Assembly (NCBI GenBank): GCA_964016885.1
Contig: OZ024754.1
Location: 28,334,001 to 28,398,000 of the forward strand
Source: Eledone cirrhosa
Taxonomy: Eukaryota
Length of the DNA stretch: 64,000 nucleotides
Direction: 5' to 3'
The position numbers and the translations under genes were made by a program. The notes under the pieces are model-generated. The model was given only the letters and a program-made list of their open reading frames with translations. It was not told the origin of the DNA and did not search any database. Position 1 is the first letter of the stretch, and each line of letters opens with the position of its first letter. Shown here one piece after another: positions 25,164 to 39,061 of this stretch.

Positions 25164-25384
25164 CCCTTTAGCATTTACATTACTCTATATATACTATTGT
25201 ATTTTTGTGGTAAAGGCTTTATCTTAGATAATTATCTCACATAATATATTGAATCAATGAGATTTTGACATTATTCATTTTGAGAACAATACCTTAACAT
25301 CAGTTTGTGCAGCCAGTTACGGCCAGTTTGAACAGAAAGATGAGAGAATTCTGGCTGGATATGACTGGTTTAAATGCTAAAGGG
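25164..25384. mobile_element. piggyBac-type MITE
   Basis: TTAA|CCCTTTAGCATTTA ... TAAATGCTAAAGGG|TTAA. Confidence 0.8.
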
Positions 25385-26629
25385 TTAAATACTGTTGGAA
25401 TTGACATTAAAGGAAAGTGCATAAGCTAGTGGTTATGGTGTTGGACTGGTCATTATGTTATGTTTGTGAGCAAGACACTTCATTTTCTGTTGCTTTTCAT
25501 GATATAATTCAGATCCTCTCATTAAAAGAACAAAACAAATTAACCTCCTGTGAAATATAACCTCATAGAAGGCCAGTTAAACCAACACAGATGTGAGCTA
25601 TAGCTTGATATGACTAGGGTCCTTATTATTAAAACACCCAAGAAACTTATGAGATGCAACCTTGCAGGAGGCCAGCTAAACCTACATAGGTTTGAGCTGT
25701 AACAACATGATATAACTGGAACTCCTATCATTAAAAATTCCCAGAAACCTCCTATGAGATGTAACCGTGTAGGAGGTTAACTAAACCTACATAGGAGCAA
25801 GCTTTCATTTACCAAAGGCAGGGTTTGATAAAATACATACAACGTAAATACTGCTGGGGTGATTAAATTGTCTATAGACTCCTCTGCAACAAAATCTTTA
25901 ACATTATCTTTACCATATTGTAATGAAAAACAGTGCTGTGATCTTTGATTAATTTTGAAAATAATGAAGAATTTGGAGGGATTTAATAATATAACTAACT
26001 TCCCCAATATTAAGCTGGTGTTTAGAGGATAATTTAACAATGTTTTTTTGACATAAAATTATGGTGGAAGGTTTTTAGATAAATACATATATTTTCAAAC
26101 AAAGTTTTATATTGTAGAGTCAGGGCTAGTTTCAGGTGGTTTGGCATAACGACTTTAAAGTTTATGCTAGAAATCATTCTTTATAATTAATTTCTTTTGC
26201 AAATATTTTAAATTTCATTCTAAAATTTTAAATAATCTGTGAAAAAGAAAACAAAATCAAAATAAAACAAAAAAGTCATCATTTCCTTTACTGATTGATA
26301 CAAATGATAAATAAAACTTGCTGATTTAAATAAAAAGACATTTTGAAGTTTGTGTTTATGCCAAGTTTGCATTTAATAATGATAATGGAATTAAGTTAGT
26401 AAATGTTTCGGTTTGCAGTATTTACAGAGGAATTTATGGAAATATGGAAATCATATAGAAAAAATGAAATTAATAATATGTATTTTATGTATTTCTAAAT
26501 AATTCAGACATATTTAAAAAAAAAATGGAAGTTTGTAGACAGTTTTGGCCTTTGATGTTTTAGCTTAATTGATAGCTTTAATCTCTAATGGTACTTAGAT
26601 TGATTTTGTATTAGTTGACTAATATATAA

Positions 26630-26666
<37 letters not shown>

Positions 26667-26807
26667 GGGCACTAGCTTGGCTGTGTGGTTAAAGAGTTTA
26701 CTTCACATCTGGTGATAACACTTTGGGCAAGTGTCTTCTACAGTAGCCTCACAGTGATCAATGTGTTGCAAGTGGAATGTAGTAGACATAAGCTGCATAA
26801 GCTGTAT

Positions 26808-27088
26808 ATCATTTCATTTTTTCATCATTTCATTTTACGTCCGCTTTTTCCCTGCAAGGGTGGGACGGAAACTGATTTTGGCTTGATTTCTACAGCTGGA
26901 TGCCCTTCCTAACACCAACCTCATTTACAGTGAGTGCTGGGTGTTTTTTTGCCGTGGCACCTCCACGACCACTTTGCAGTGGAATGATATGGACCCCAGT
27001 CCCTATCATCTCATTTCTACAGCTGAGTAAACTGGAGCAATGTGAAATAAAGTGTCTTGCTCAAGGAAACAACACATCACCCAGTCTC
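26808..27088 (-). mobile_element. SINE family B, 5'-truncated
   Basis: Reverse complement of about 13577-13860. Confidence 0.88.
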
Positions 27089-27141
27089 TATATATATATA
27101 TATATATAGTTAAAAGAATAGAGGTGTAACACACAAGTTAT

Positions 27142-27504
27142 TATATATTGGTAAACGGAATAGAAAATGCTGACAAATTGTTCAGTTGAAAAATGGTTTA
27201 ATTAGGAATAAAAGAGTATTAGTGATTGTATGGGTTAGTATTCAGTTGTGGTTTTAAGTTTTTACCGGTTGCGCATTTCTAAATGCTTTTCAAAAATAAT
27301 TTTGAGATAGAGTGTCCGTGTTGTTTGCTCTGATCTGATTAGTTTTGGGAATTCTACCTGTTTTTATGTTAAAAAAGTGGCTCCAGCGTTACTTTGGTGT
27401 TGCAAAAATTCTTGTGGTCAAAACAATTTTGATTGGTCGGTAGAGGTCATGGGAATAAAAAATTGGTTTTGCGCCAAGATTGAGAAATGACTCTTTCACA
27501 ACAA

Positions 27505-27544
<40 letters not shown>

Positions 27545-28095
27545 TAAGGTGTTCGATGTTGTGATAATGGTTAGCAGGGATGTGTGTCAAATGGCTATTA
27601 AGATGTGTGTGTGTGTATAGCAGAGTAATTTGTGATAGCAGGGATGGTCAGTAAGAATGTGTCTGAAAGCAATGGGGGGTATTTTAGCATGTCAAAAGAT
27701 ATTTTTCAGCTTTTGTCTTATACGGAGAAGTGCGTGTGTGTGTGTGTGTATAAGTCTCTTTGTATGTTAATGTACGCGTGTGTATGTGTGTGTGTGTATA
27801 TATGTGTGTGTGTGTGGGTGGACCAGTATTTTTTTCCCCCTGGTAAAATGGTGTACATTATTCGATTTGGTAGAATTCCCAAAACTAATCAGATCAGAGC
27901 AAACAACACGGACACTCTATCTCAAAATTATTTTTGAAAAGCATTTAGAAATGCGCAACCGGTAAAAACTTAAAAACTTAAAACCACAACTGAATACTAA
28001 CCCATACAATCACTAATACTCTTTTATTCCTAATTAAACCATTTTTCAATTGTGAACAATTTGTCAGCATTTTCTATTCCGTTTACCAATATATA
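27142..28095. repeat. ~215-bp near-perfect inverted repeats (27142-27358 / 27869-28095) around a 510-bp spacer
   Basis: Arms differ only by an 8-bp duplication and a small indel/substitution. Confidence 0.92.
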
Positions 28096-28164
28096 TATAT
28101 ATATATACTACTCACACACACACACACAGGGTGTCCCCGAAAAATATATACATACTTTGATATA

Positions 28165-28288
28165 CAGGGTGGCCCAAAAGTCGCTATACATAGGAAATCT
28201 TTTTAAGTTTCCATATTTATTTTGAATAAATTGTTTCTTATAAAACATAATTATTTTTTTTATGTATCGCAACTTTTGGGCCACCCTG
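28165..28288. mobile_element. Tc1/mariner-type MITE
   Basis: TA|CAGGGTGGCCCAAAAGT ... ACTTTTGGGCCACCCTG|TA; an orphan related end CAGGGTGTCCC lies at 28127. Confidence 0.85.
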
Positions 28289-28492
28289 TATATACCCACA
28301 CCCACACATATATATGTAATCATCATTGTTTAACGTCCAGATTTTAACTTTTTAACCATAAGTGTAATACATTAGATGTTTTGAAATTTCATTTTGTGAT
28401 AAAGATCCTGATATATTTTGTGATTATGATCTTGATATATTTTTCTTAACCTTTGCAAACATATCAGTAAAACCTGAATCCTCCATATTTAA

Positions 28493-28712
28493 CCAATTAG
28501 CATTTACATTACTCTATATTTACTATTGTATTTTCGTGGTAAAGGCTTTACCTCACATAATTATCTCACATGTATCGGATCGATGAGATTTTGACATTAT
28601 TTATTTTGAGAACAATACCTTAACATCAGTATGATCAGCCAGTTACAACTGGTTTGAACAAAAAGAGGTGAGAGAATTCTGGCTGTATATGGCCAGTTTA
28701 AATGCTAAAGGG
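28493..28712. mobile_element. piggyBac-type MITE, second copy
   Basis: Colinear with 25164-25384; TTAA at both ends. Confidence 0.8.
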
Positions 28713-28829
28713 TTAATGCTAGAATACAAGTGTTTATTATAATGCCACATGTATCTTGGTTGCTTGGTTCTGGGGCTTTACTACTGATGCCAATGGCTAG
28801 TTCATCCAGTCTGGAGGTTTTAGCTCTAT

Positions 28830-28972
28830 CTTTACTGTTGCTGCTGCTACTACTACTACTACTACTATTACTACAGCTACTGTTGCTGCTGCTACTACCA
28901 CCACTGCTACTATTACTACTACTACAGCTACTGCTGCTGCTGCTACTACCACTACCACCGATGCTACTACTT
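28830..28972. repeat. (CTA/CTG)n compound microsatellite
   Basis: Direct reading. Confidence 0.9.
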
Positions 28973-29454
28973 ATCACATCAACTTGCTAACTTGGTGCAT
29001 TTCCATAAATTATATCTACTTCTCAGCCATAGTTGTTTCTATATTTCAAACTTCTTACTTTGCATTCTTGTAGTCAATAGTCTATTATTCTGAATCATAT
29101 TACATATACTGATGAAAACATACAGAAATATTGATTTAAAAATAATTGTCTCCATAATTATAGATGTTAATATTATTAACATAGCATGTAATATTTAATC
29201 TTCACTGCTTCAACTTGCTGCTTTCATTATAGATGCCAGTTTTATTGTCATTAATATTTAGTTACTTCAAAGATAAACAGACATATGTTTAACATTTTGG
29301 CATATTTTACCAAACAGGTTTTTGTTTAGCATTTAAAACTTTTACGTGATTTTAAATTCCTCATTTAAATTTGATTTTAAATGTATAATCAATGTGATAG
29401 TAAGGAAAAATACACTGTTCATCAACTAGCTTGGACTTGACAATCTCCCTGCAT

Positions 29455-29700
29455 CTCTTTGCCAGGGGCATGTGGTTAGAGTGTCTCAGGAAAGAATTGC
29501 TGGGCAGATTTTACAGGCAAAACCAACTGGGGTAGACCCCCAAGCAAGATGTTTGGATAACATCTATGAGCTTGGCAGGTCTCACTTGGGGATCCATCAG
29601 GGTCAGTTGGAGACAGTTGCTTCTGACAGGACCCACTGGAAGGAGTGTTTGAGAGCTCTGCCCCGACGACCCTCTCAGGACTAAGTGGGCGAAGAAGAAA
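29455..29700 (+). mobile_element. 3' fragment of a third RTE-like LINE family
   Basis: Peptide GHVVRVSQERIAGQILQAKPTG...VASDRTHW; a longer inverted relative lies at 46740-47135. Confidence 0.7.
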
Positions 29701-31587
29701 ATGCTGGAATTTAAATAGGAATTCTTTAAAATGGGTGGGTTTGTTTCATAGAAGCAGAACCAGTTTTAGCTGAACTGGTACCAAAAGAGTTAAATATTGG
29801 AATCACACCATTGATAATAGTCTAACATTGAACTTAATTTTGGCTTTCTTAGATAAGGGCCGACTTTTATTCCTAGTGAGATTTTGATATTTTTTCCTGT
29901 TTATCATCTTGATCTTTTGCACAATTCATTTGTTTTCTTTTTTACATTGTTAGTTTTAAGAAATAACACATTCACTGCTGAACAACAACAATGATGAGGA
30001 TAATGATAATGTTTTCTTTATTAACTACAAGAGTTGATACAAAGCATAACATTAAGGACAGCATAAAATGCTACAAATGGGCGATCCTGCATCATCATCA
30101 TCATCATTTTACGTCTGCTTTTCCCTGCTTGCAAGAGTGGGACGGGAACTGATTCTGGCATACAAAAACATAAAACAAAAACAAAGGATGTAACAAAAAA
30201 ATGAATAATGATAAAAATAATTGTATCTACTTTAGGAGCAAGGCCATCTATAATTATAATAATGTTTTCTTTATAATAATAATAATACCTTATTATCCAG
30301 ATCCAATAAAGAAGGTGAAAATAGATTGATGGCCGTTTTAGAATGGAAATATTGAAAGACATAGCTATATTAAGAGTTTTATGATGACATATTCATTGTT
30401 GAATAATTTGTTGTGTAATAAAGGTGAAATTAAATTGACGGCTCATTCTAAAATCGATATATATAGCAATATTATATTATATAATTACAACTTCAAATGG
30501 TGTTACAGCTGTGGAATTGGTCACAAAGTTATTGACGTCTCTGTTCTTTTCAACTGCCTTTATGATAACTTTTCCAGCTTAAAGCTATTTTAGATTGTTA
30601 ATTTTCTTTCAAAAATGTTCCACCTTTTACCTTCATTACAAATTATGAATTGATCATTGGGAAAGGAAACGGTTTTGGTTTGTCAGTTCTTTGTTTCTTT
30701 GATCAATTTGGTCTTTACAGAGTTCGATAATTTTGCCATTTTCCTCAAAGTTCTCCCTGTTGATTTGCCTCTCTCTTTCTCCGAATTCTGGCATTTATTT
30801 GTGTAAGTGTGAACTGGCCGTCGTCATAGTGTTGGATTAACTTTTAACATTCTGTAATGATTCAACACAAAATATCTAAATGTGTTTATTAATTCAAAGG
30901 CTTATAGTATTTTTTTTATTTGTGGGTAGGCCATTATGAACATTCCAGAGGGTAAATAATGTTGAGACTAATGATTTTAATATTTAATATGACACAATCA
31001 TATTGCTGTTTTGCACTTATCAAAAATGCCTTACTAATATGGTTTCATGTGGTTTGTTAATTGAAATGTTTATAATATCTTAGGGTAATTACTTTAATGT
31101 TTAATGTGACATAGTAAGAGTGATTTTTTTTTTTGTATTTTTTAAGAATGTCTCACTAATGTGGTTTCATATAGTTTAATTCAAATGTCTATAGTATCTT
31201 CATTACTAGACAGATTGTAATTATGGTCATGAAAGAGTTAATCTTTATAATGCTGTATCTTTTTTTAGGTAATATGTGTCAGCATAGATATACCTACAGT
31301 GTATGTTTTAGTTAATAAGCAATAATACTAGTTTAACTTTTCATTTTCATAACGAAAGATACAGTCTATAATTTTCTAATTTTTTTTAAAGATAATGAAG
31401 AATAGGAAAGATTTGATAATTTAACTATTTTTTGCATTATTGAGTTGGGATTTGGGACATAAAAAAGATTTTTTAGATAAATATAAACACATTAAAATCA
31501 ATAGTTTGGTATTATAGAACCAGGAGTGGTTTCAAGCAGTTAGGTATCAAAAGGGTTAATATTTTCTTTAATTTTATATCTTTATAG

Positions 31588-31790
31588 CACTGATGAAAGT
31601 GCCACTGAATCGATATTGAAGTCTCAACAGATTTATGCCAGCCTCTGTGGGAAGATGTCCCTTAATACTGCCAGAGATGCATTCATTACAGCACTTTGTA
31701 AAGCATCATTGCCACCACATTACGCCCTTACCGTTCTCAATGCCAACCCATCCTCTGGTGATTCAAATACAACTGCTCAACAATCCAAAA
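31588..31790 (+). CDS. MON2: MON2 homolog, internal exon c ([12 protein letters not shown]...[23 protein letters not shown]...)
   Basis: Acceptor tctttatag|C completes AG+C=Ser; donor A|GTAAGT; matches MON2 STDEAATENILK...[22 protein letters not shown]. Confidence 0.95.
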
Positions 31791-32321
31791 GTAAGTAAAA
31801 ATAAGAAATATTTACATATCTATTTATATAAAAACGAAAATGTATGCATTTCCAATTTCCATCCGATTTTGTTCAAATTTGATACATAGGTTATTTAGAT
31901 CCTGGAGCATGTCAACATATAGTTTAAATCTTGCTTTTCTCTAAAATAGCAGAGTTCTTGGGCTATTTAAAAACACCCATGTTGATGAGAGGGGTGAAGG
32001 GTGTGCCCAGCAATGACGGGCTCTTTTATTAGAGTATAGTAAAGTAGACATGGGTAGAGGTGATGAAAGCTGACCTCAGATGGTTGAAGCTCACAGAGGA
32101 GATGACGAAGGACCGTGACAAATGGAGAGATCCTGTACTGAAGAGAACCCGCCCCACCCTTGTAAGCAGAGAAAAGCGGGCATAAAATGATGTTGCTAAA
32201 ATTCAACCCTTTTTATATTTCTAAACATTTCAATGGCCATTTTCCTTGCTACATCTGGGATTAGACTTGTGGGGCCACACAAGATTTCATACTTGGCATG
32301 TGTCTTTTTGAGACAAAATTT

Positions 32322-32702
32322 TACGAGGGCTGGCTGAAAAGCCTGAAAAGTTTATAGGCTGATCAAGATACTCTCATGGAATGACCAAATGAGATTTATT
32401 TTTCAACGTAGCCCCTGGAAAGAAACAATGCAGTTATTAATAAGAAGAGTTGAAATTAATGCATGCAAGATTCCACAGCACTAGCATCACTACAATATAC
32501 GAGGGTCAGCTGAAAAGGTTCATAAGCTGATCAAGATACTCTCATGGAATGACCCAATGAGGTTTATTTTTGAACATAGCCTCCGGAAAGAAACAATACA
32601 GTTATTCATAAGAAGAGTTGAAATTAATGCCTTCAATGTTTTACAGCTCTAGCATCAATCTTTCATTGTCAGCTTATGAACCTTTCACCTGACCATTTTA
32701 TA
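32322..32702. mobile_element. Mariner-type MITE with duplicated left part
   Basis: TACGAGGG..GCTGAAAAG ends at 32322 and 32498 followed by the same ~170 bp; degenerate right end cttatgaacctttcacctgacc near 32672-32700. Confidence 0.65.
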
Positions 32703-33999
32703 GCTGGATGCCGTTTTCTGAAGCCAAGCATTTTAATCACATCTTGTGACATGCAGGGATACAGTATACTTATTTTAAACCAGATCCACACAACTAATGA
32801 AATGCACTGCATTCTATTTAATTAATGAAAAATTTAATAAATTATTAATCAGTTTATTATTAAGATGGTATTTGCAACAACAATATGTTTTTATATAAAA
32901 TTATTTTGGAAGGTTTTAATTTCTATAGGAACTTTTAAAAATGGATGGTTTTGTTTCATGGAATCTATAAGTAATTGACAAATAATTTATTGAACATGAT
33001 TATTATATTTTATTAATTGATTACTTCCGGTTTTTAAATTCAATTTTATGAATTACTTCCTAAATTTCACATTTAGAAGCTGTCAAATATTGAATATAAA
33101 TTAAAATTCAATTTTTATTGCCAATTTAACTTTGCATCTCCAATTATAACAAGTTAATTTTGTTTTATTTTTCAAAATAAAATTCTAGTCATTTAATGTC
33201 AAATTTAATATAAATTTCCAGTCATTTAATGTCAAATTTCAAATATTGAAAATTGAAATATTCATTCATTATCATAATTTAATATATTAATTTAATGCAA
33301 CAACCAAATGAAATATTTCTTTTTTGTTTGTGCTGACATCTAGATACTGTTGATGAGTCAAAATACCACTGAAACTCTTATAGTGTTACAGTTTTATTCC
33401 CTAGTTCAGTTTCAACTCTTTTGATAACAAACCATCAGAAACCAGCCATAGTTCTATGATACAAAACTGTTTATTTCAAAGTGTTTATATTTATCTAAAA
33501 TCATTTGATCATAATTTTTATGTAAGCACATTTATGTTCATAACACCAGCTTAGTTATGAGAAAGATAGTTATATTAGTAAATTTCTCCAAATTCTTGAT
33601 TATTTTTAAAATCATTTAAAAATTATGAAGCAGCGGATTTCATTAGAAATATAATATAATAATAATGAAAGTATTAGAAATAAGAAATATAATAATAAAA
33701 GTATTATAAATCTTCCTTTATAATTTTGAGGCAAGAAACTAAGTTATATGCCAAGCACCAAATTACTAACGAGAATGTTAGTTATATTACTAAATCTCTC
33801 CATATTCTTGATTAGTTTCAAAGATATTTGAAAATCACAGGCAGTGTCTTTTATTAGAAGTATGGTAACAAAAGGATTAAAACAATAAAATAATTATTCA
33901 GATGTCTAACAACACCATTACTGTCACATAGATCCCTCTTTCTGTTAGAACTCCTGGTGCTGAACCTAGAATCCCATGTTTTCAAAATAATCTCCTTAA

Positions 34000-34427
34000 C
34001 CCATTAACATTTAAATCAGCCATATCATTATCATCATCATCATCATCATCATCATCATCGATTAACGTCCATCTTCCATGCTAGCATGGGTTAGACAGAT
34101 CCCATTTAGAGGTAAGTTGTGTCGGGTGACTGTCTCGCTCATATAGGGGTGTTTCTGGCTGGTTTTCTATGGCTGGATGCCCTTCCCATCACCAACCACA
34201 TTGACAGTGTGAGCTGGGTGCTTTTTGCTGTGTCTTTTACATGTCCACTTTACAGAATTCTCTCACCTCTTTCTGTTCAAACTGGCTGTAACTGGCTGCT
34301 CATACTAATGTTAAGGTATTGTTCTCAAAATAAATAATATCAATCTCATAGATTCGGTATTATGTGAGGTAAAGCCTTTACCACAAAAATATAATAGTAT
34401 ATATAGAGTAATATAAATGCTAAAGGG
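34000..34427. mobile_element. piggyBac-type MITE (inverted) interrupted by an RTE-tailed SINE fragment
   Basis: Ends TTAA|CCCATTAACATTTAAA and TAAATGCTAAAGGG|TTAA; 34255-34427 is the reverse complement of 25164-25350; insert at about 34025-34250. Confidence 0.75.
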
Positions 34428-34829
34428 TTAATCACACATCCATGTCTATGCCAATATACCTATCTTATTCTGAAAATGTCAAACTATTCTGATTTAAGAA
34501 AAAGATAGAAATATAATTTTGAGATTTTATATCTTATTCTGCTGTAGTTCTTTTATTGACTACCTACATGAAAAAAAAAACAACAAAATAAAAACCTAAC
34601 TTTATAATGCCACATGTTATTAGATAATTCAGATATTCTTAAATTAAGTGAAAAATATCATTAAGAAAATATTAAAAAATTTGTTGATTGCTTTAAATTG
34701 GTACATTGCTGCATGGTTAGGGAGTTCTCTTATAAGCACATGATTCCAGATTCAAACCCACTACACAGTTGCAGGTTAACTAATACCATGTGATTAGAAT
34801 TTGCTAGACAGAAACAACAGAAACCCATT

Positions 34830-34937
34830 GTATATGTGTGTGTGTATGTATGTATGTATGTATGTATGTATGTATGTATGTATGTATGTATGTATGTATG
34901 TATGTATGTATGTATGTATGTATGTATGTATGTATGT

Positions 34938-34997
<60 letters not shown>
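34830..34997. repeat. (TATG)n(TG)n microsatellite
   Basis: Direct reading. Confidence 0.95.
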
Positions 34998-34999
<2 letters not shown>

Positions 35000-36476
35000 A
35001 TGCCTGTGTTTATTTTTGTGTCAGTTTATTTCCCATAACTTAGTAGTTCGACAAAAAAGATCGATAAAATAAGTACCAGCCTTTAGAAAAGTAGTTGCTG
35101 GAGTTGATATGATCAAGTGAATCAAGATCATGCTGCAGCATAGCCATAATATAATGACTGAAACTAGTAAAGAATAAAAGTCTGTCATGTAACAATGCTA
35201 GGAGCAGCAATGGATTTTGAAAATATTCTGAGCTGTAAATTGAGATTCAATCAATCCTTCCAAGTGGAATTCTTACATTTTGTTTGTACATAATTCTTCA
35301 ACAAAAGAATGCAAAATCAGATGCTCATTAAAATTTAAAAAATATAGATGATTAGAATTTTCAAGTAGAACAATTGAGAGAAATTTTGTGAATTTGTTTG
35401 TTTGTGACTTTTGAAGGATATTGAAAAGAAAAGCGAATTAGAAATGTTGATTAGATATCAGAATTAAGAAGAATATTGGTGTGATTTACAGAAATATTTT
35501 TTCTAGACTTAATGTATTATTGTCTAATTTTTTGTTGAGCAGATGGTTAAAGGTCTTTAATTAATATGCTAGGGGAAAAAGTCCAGATGCACCTAAATGG
35601 GTGCACTAAATATGTTGGGATCTAAAGAACAACATAGCAACCATCATAATTTGGTAAGGACTATTTTCCTTGCTGGCATTGCTTATACAGGTAATAAGGG
35701 TTCTTAATCAGAGTTGCTGTCATCTTAGATGAATCCAATCTAAGCCACTAAGCCATGCACCTTCACAAGGGTTAAATAGAACCTCTTTAATTACCATCCT
35801 GTAATGATTTATTAGAAAATGTCCCAAAACAGGTCTTTTAATTCAAATGTCTCTTTACTAGGTGGACAGATCTTTGTGAACATTTGGTGCAAACTAGATT
35901 TGCATTTTTAATGGGATCCACTCAGTACTATTTTGTACTGTTTAAGAATGTCTTGTGTGGTTTCATGTGATACAGGACGTTAAAAGGTAAAAGGATGGCT
36001 TTGTCTCGTATAACTAGAGGCAGTTTTCAGCGAGTTTGTATCAAAAGGATTAAATAGAGAAATGATATTTTATTTTTGTTGTCCTGTATTTGTCTTTAAT
36101 TCCTTTTCCTCAATGAAAATAATGTTTATAATAAAAGACAATAGTACAGTGTGGTAGGAATATATAATGGTTAAAAGATGACAAATAAAACAAAACAAAG
36201 TAATGTTTTACTCAGTATATTTCAACATATTTCAGAGCTAAAATTCTCTTTTCAAATGTGAAGCAGAAATGGTTCAAAACAAAAGCAATGCGTTCTTCCT
36301 TAACTGAAATATCTTGTTGAAATATACTAGGTAAAACATTACTTTTTGATTTATTTGTCATCATTTGCCATTTATATATTTCTACCACATTGTATTGGAT
36401 TTTTGAACCTCATCGATCTTTTATTACATATCTCAATCCTTCGTATTAAATGTAATATTTATGTTTCAATGTTTAG

Positions 36477-36607
36477 CAAACAAAACTGCCAATCAAGATA
36501 ATCAATCAATGGGAATGGAAGCTGTTGAAAGAAGTCAAGTGGTAGTTGTGGGTACTGCACTCCCTACTGCATCTTTACCTGTTGGTGCTCATGTTGGTCC
36601 TGTCATG
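36477..36607 (+). CDS. MON2: MON2 homolog, internal exon d (...RSQVVVVGTALPTASLPVGAHVGPVM)
   Basis: Acceptor gtttag|CA (phase 1, fits exon c), donor ATG|GTAAGT (phase 0); resembles the MON2 QVVAVG...GTVM segment that precedes LTxKNIQCM. Confidence 0.9.
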
Positions 36608-38566
36608 GTAAGTAAAATATATATTAACTGTTACCATGTTTTAGGGTGCTTCTGGTGCTTTTAGTTAAGGATTTTATTGAAAAAGAAACAAAAGTTTTCC
36701 ACATATGGCAAATTTATTCCATCAAAATGGTTTGTGATATAATTTTTTAATATACGGTTATTTATTTTTTGTATATATACATTTGTCTGTTAAATACTTG
36801 ACATATTCCTGGGAAGTGTCTTGTCCCATGCTTTTCATTCTTTCACTAGAATTGTTTAGTCCACAGGGAAGGCTCTATTCACCATGTATAAGAGTCTCCT
36901 AGACCAGTGATTCTTAAACTTTTCTCTCAAAAGGACTCCTTTTGTGTAAATGAATTTTCCAATAGTTTCCCTGTCACAATTACTTCCCCCTCCCAGATTG
37001 TTATACAGTGAGAATAATGAAAAAAGAGAAATGTTTCTACCCCGTAGAAAAATATATACCCAATAGTGTGTGTATATTATATTTATAACAAAGTACTTAG
37101 AACTTTGAACTTCGCTCACAGACTGTCAGCCCTATCTTTGCAAACCCTCTGGAGTCCAGGAACCCTAGGTTGGTAATCCCTTTCATAGACTAAGTGGTAG
37201 GTATAAATGAATGAGGAATGAGATTATTATCGTTAGTGTCCATTTTCAATTATAGGTTAATGATTGAGAAGAATAAAATTGGCGAAAGATTTCAAGAGGA
37301 GTATAAATAAGACTGGGTAAAGTGTTTAGTGTAAGATTTAGTTGGTGTAATGTGACAGATGAAAGAGGAGTAACAGGTACAGTTTGTGGCAATACAAAGT
37401 CTACAATTCTAAAGCAACAGGCTTGTGGCTGCAGTTGAAGAGATAGTGGATGAGTGGGACCCTAGTCTGATGAAGAGTTGGTGGCTGATAAGTATACATT
37501 TAACAGACATACACTGTCTTGGAAACTTAGATAACATCATCTATCTTTCCTGTGGGCAAAAATTTGGGAAGTGACATATACAGTCATCTTGGAAACCTAG
37601 GTAGCCTTTCTCTGTGTTAGAGCTCTTGCTATCTATTTTTCTCTTGGAAAAAATTCTGGTAAGTGACAATTATGATCCTCTTGGAAATCTAGATAGCATT
37701 TCCCTGTGTTAGGGGCCTTTTTATCTATTTCTCTCTTGGGAAAAAATCTTGTTTATTTCCAGGTATGTGGCCTGGGATACTGTTTTATCAAAGAACAGGC
37801 ACTTTATGTTAGAAAGGTAATTTTGTTGGTATACACAGGTAAAATTTAACTGCAGCATCCCCGGGGCATGGCATGTTTAGCATCATAATGATTTCCCTGT
37901 TTGATACATTTATAAATGGGGTGTGAGTTGGGGTATTGGTCATTGATTTAATCGCAATATGTACATGGTGTGTTATTGACCCTGGAAGAACAAAAATCAA
38001 AGCCAGTTTTGGCAGAATTTGAACTCAGAACATAAGCAGATGAAAGTAAATACTATTTGGATTTCATCTGGCATTCTACCTTTTCTACTTCTTCCCACTG
38101 TCTTCATGGCTTTACAACAATAATAATTTCTAATATAAGCAAAGCCTAGAAATTTTTGTGAGAATTTACTTGATTACATGAGACCCAGTACATTATTTTA
38201 TTAACCCTGGAGGCTGAGGTGAACTGCATACCAACTGTAATTAGTGGTTAACCCCTGGAATGAACTGGTGTCTGGTCTAGTGTGGAAGTCTTTTCTGAAT
38301 AGGACTGGAAGCTCCTATCATTATAACAACTGAAAAATCCTCTATGTGATGCTTTATACTTCAATGTATATGTCATCAACTGCATTGGTTTGCATTCACT
38401 ATCACGTAACTCTAGATCACCTGCAAAGTCTAAGTCTGTTAAATTCTCCCCCCTTGCCTAGAAATTCCATGTTGTAGTTGGTTCATTGTCTTCCTCATAA
38501 TGTAGTCAAGGTGTACAAGGAGATATTCATTCTCCCTTCTTATTCCTCATACATATATATATATAA

Positions 38567-38892
38567 TCATCATCATCGTTTAACGTCCATCTTCCATGTT
38601 TGCATGGGTTTGGATGGGAGTTTTCCCACTTGAGGCAAGATTGGTTGTCCTGCTTGTATAGGACTGTCTGGCGGGTTTTCTACGGCTGGATGCCCTTCCT
38701 AACACCAACCACTTTTACAGTGTAGACTGGGAGGTTTTTACCGTGTTACCTACACGGCCACATTACAGCGTGGACTGTGTGTTTTTTTGTCGTGACACCT
38801 ACACGTCTGGCGGGTTTTCTATGGCTGGGTGCCCGTCCCAACACCAACCACGTTTACAGTGTGGACTGAGAGGTTTTTACCGTGTTACCTAT
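38567..38892 (-). mobile_element. RTE family 1 3' UTR fragment with internal duplication
   Basis: Matches 1311-1550; segment gtctggcgggttttct...gttaccta is repeated at 38666-38752 and 38806-38891. Confidence 0.8.
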
Positions 38893-39061
38893 GTATATAG
38901 CAAGGGTAAACTAAATTAGTATGTGGAAAGTTATATATCATCATTTAACGTCCATTTTCCACGCTACCATGGGTTATATAACTACCAAACAGTTTCAGAC
39001 TTAGCTTAATGTAAGAAAAAAATAAGGAAATAGAACTACAATTACATCTTGCTTATATATA

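Noticed and set aside
37466-37500. Other CTGATGA occurrences (37466, 29109, 31590)
   Set aside because: No correctly spaced stem II, GAAA and stem I pairing; the 31590 one is MON2 coding sequence.
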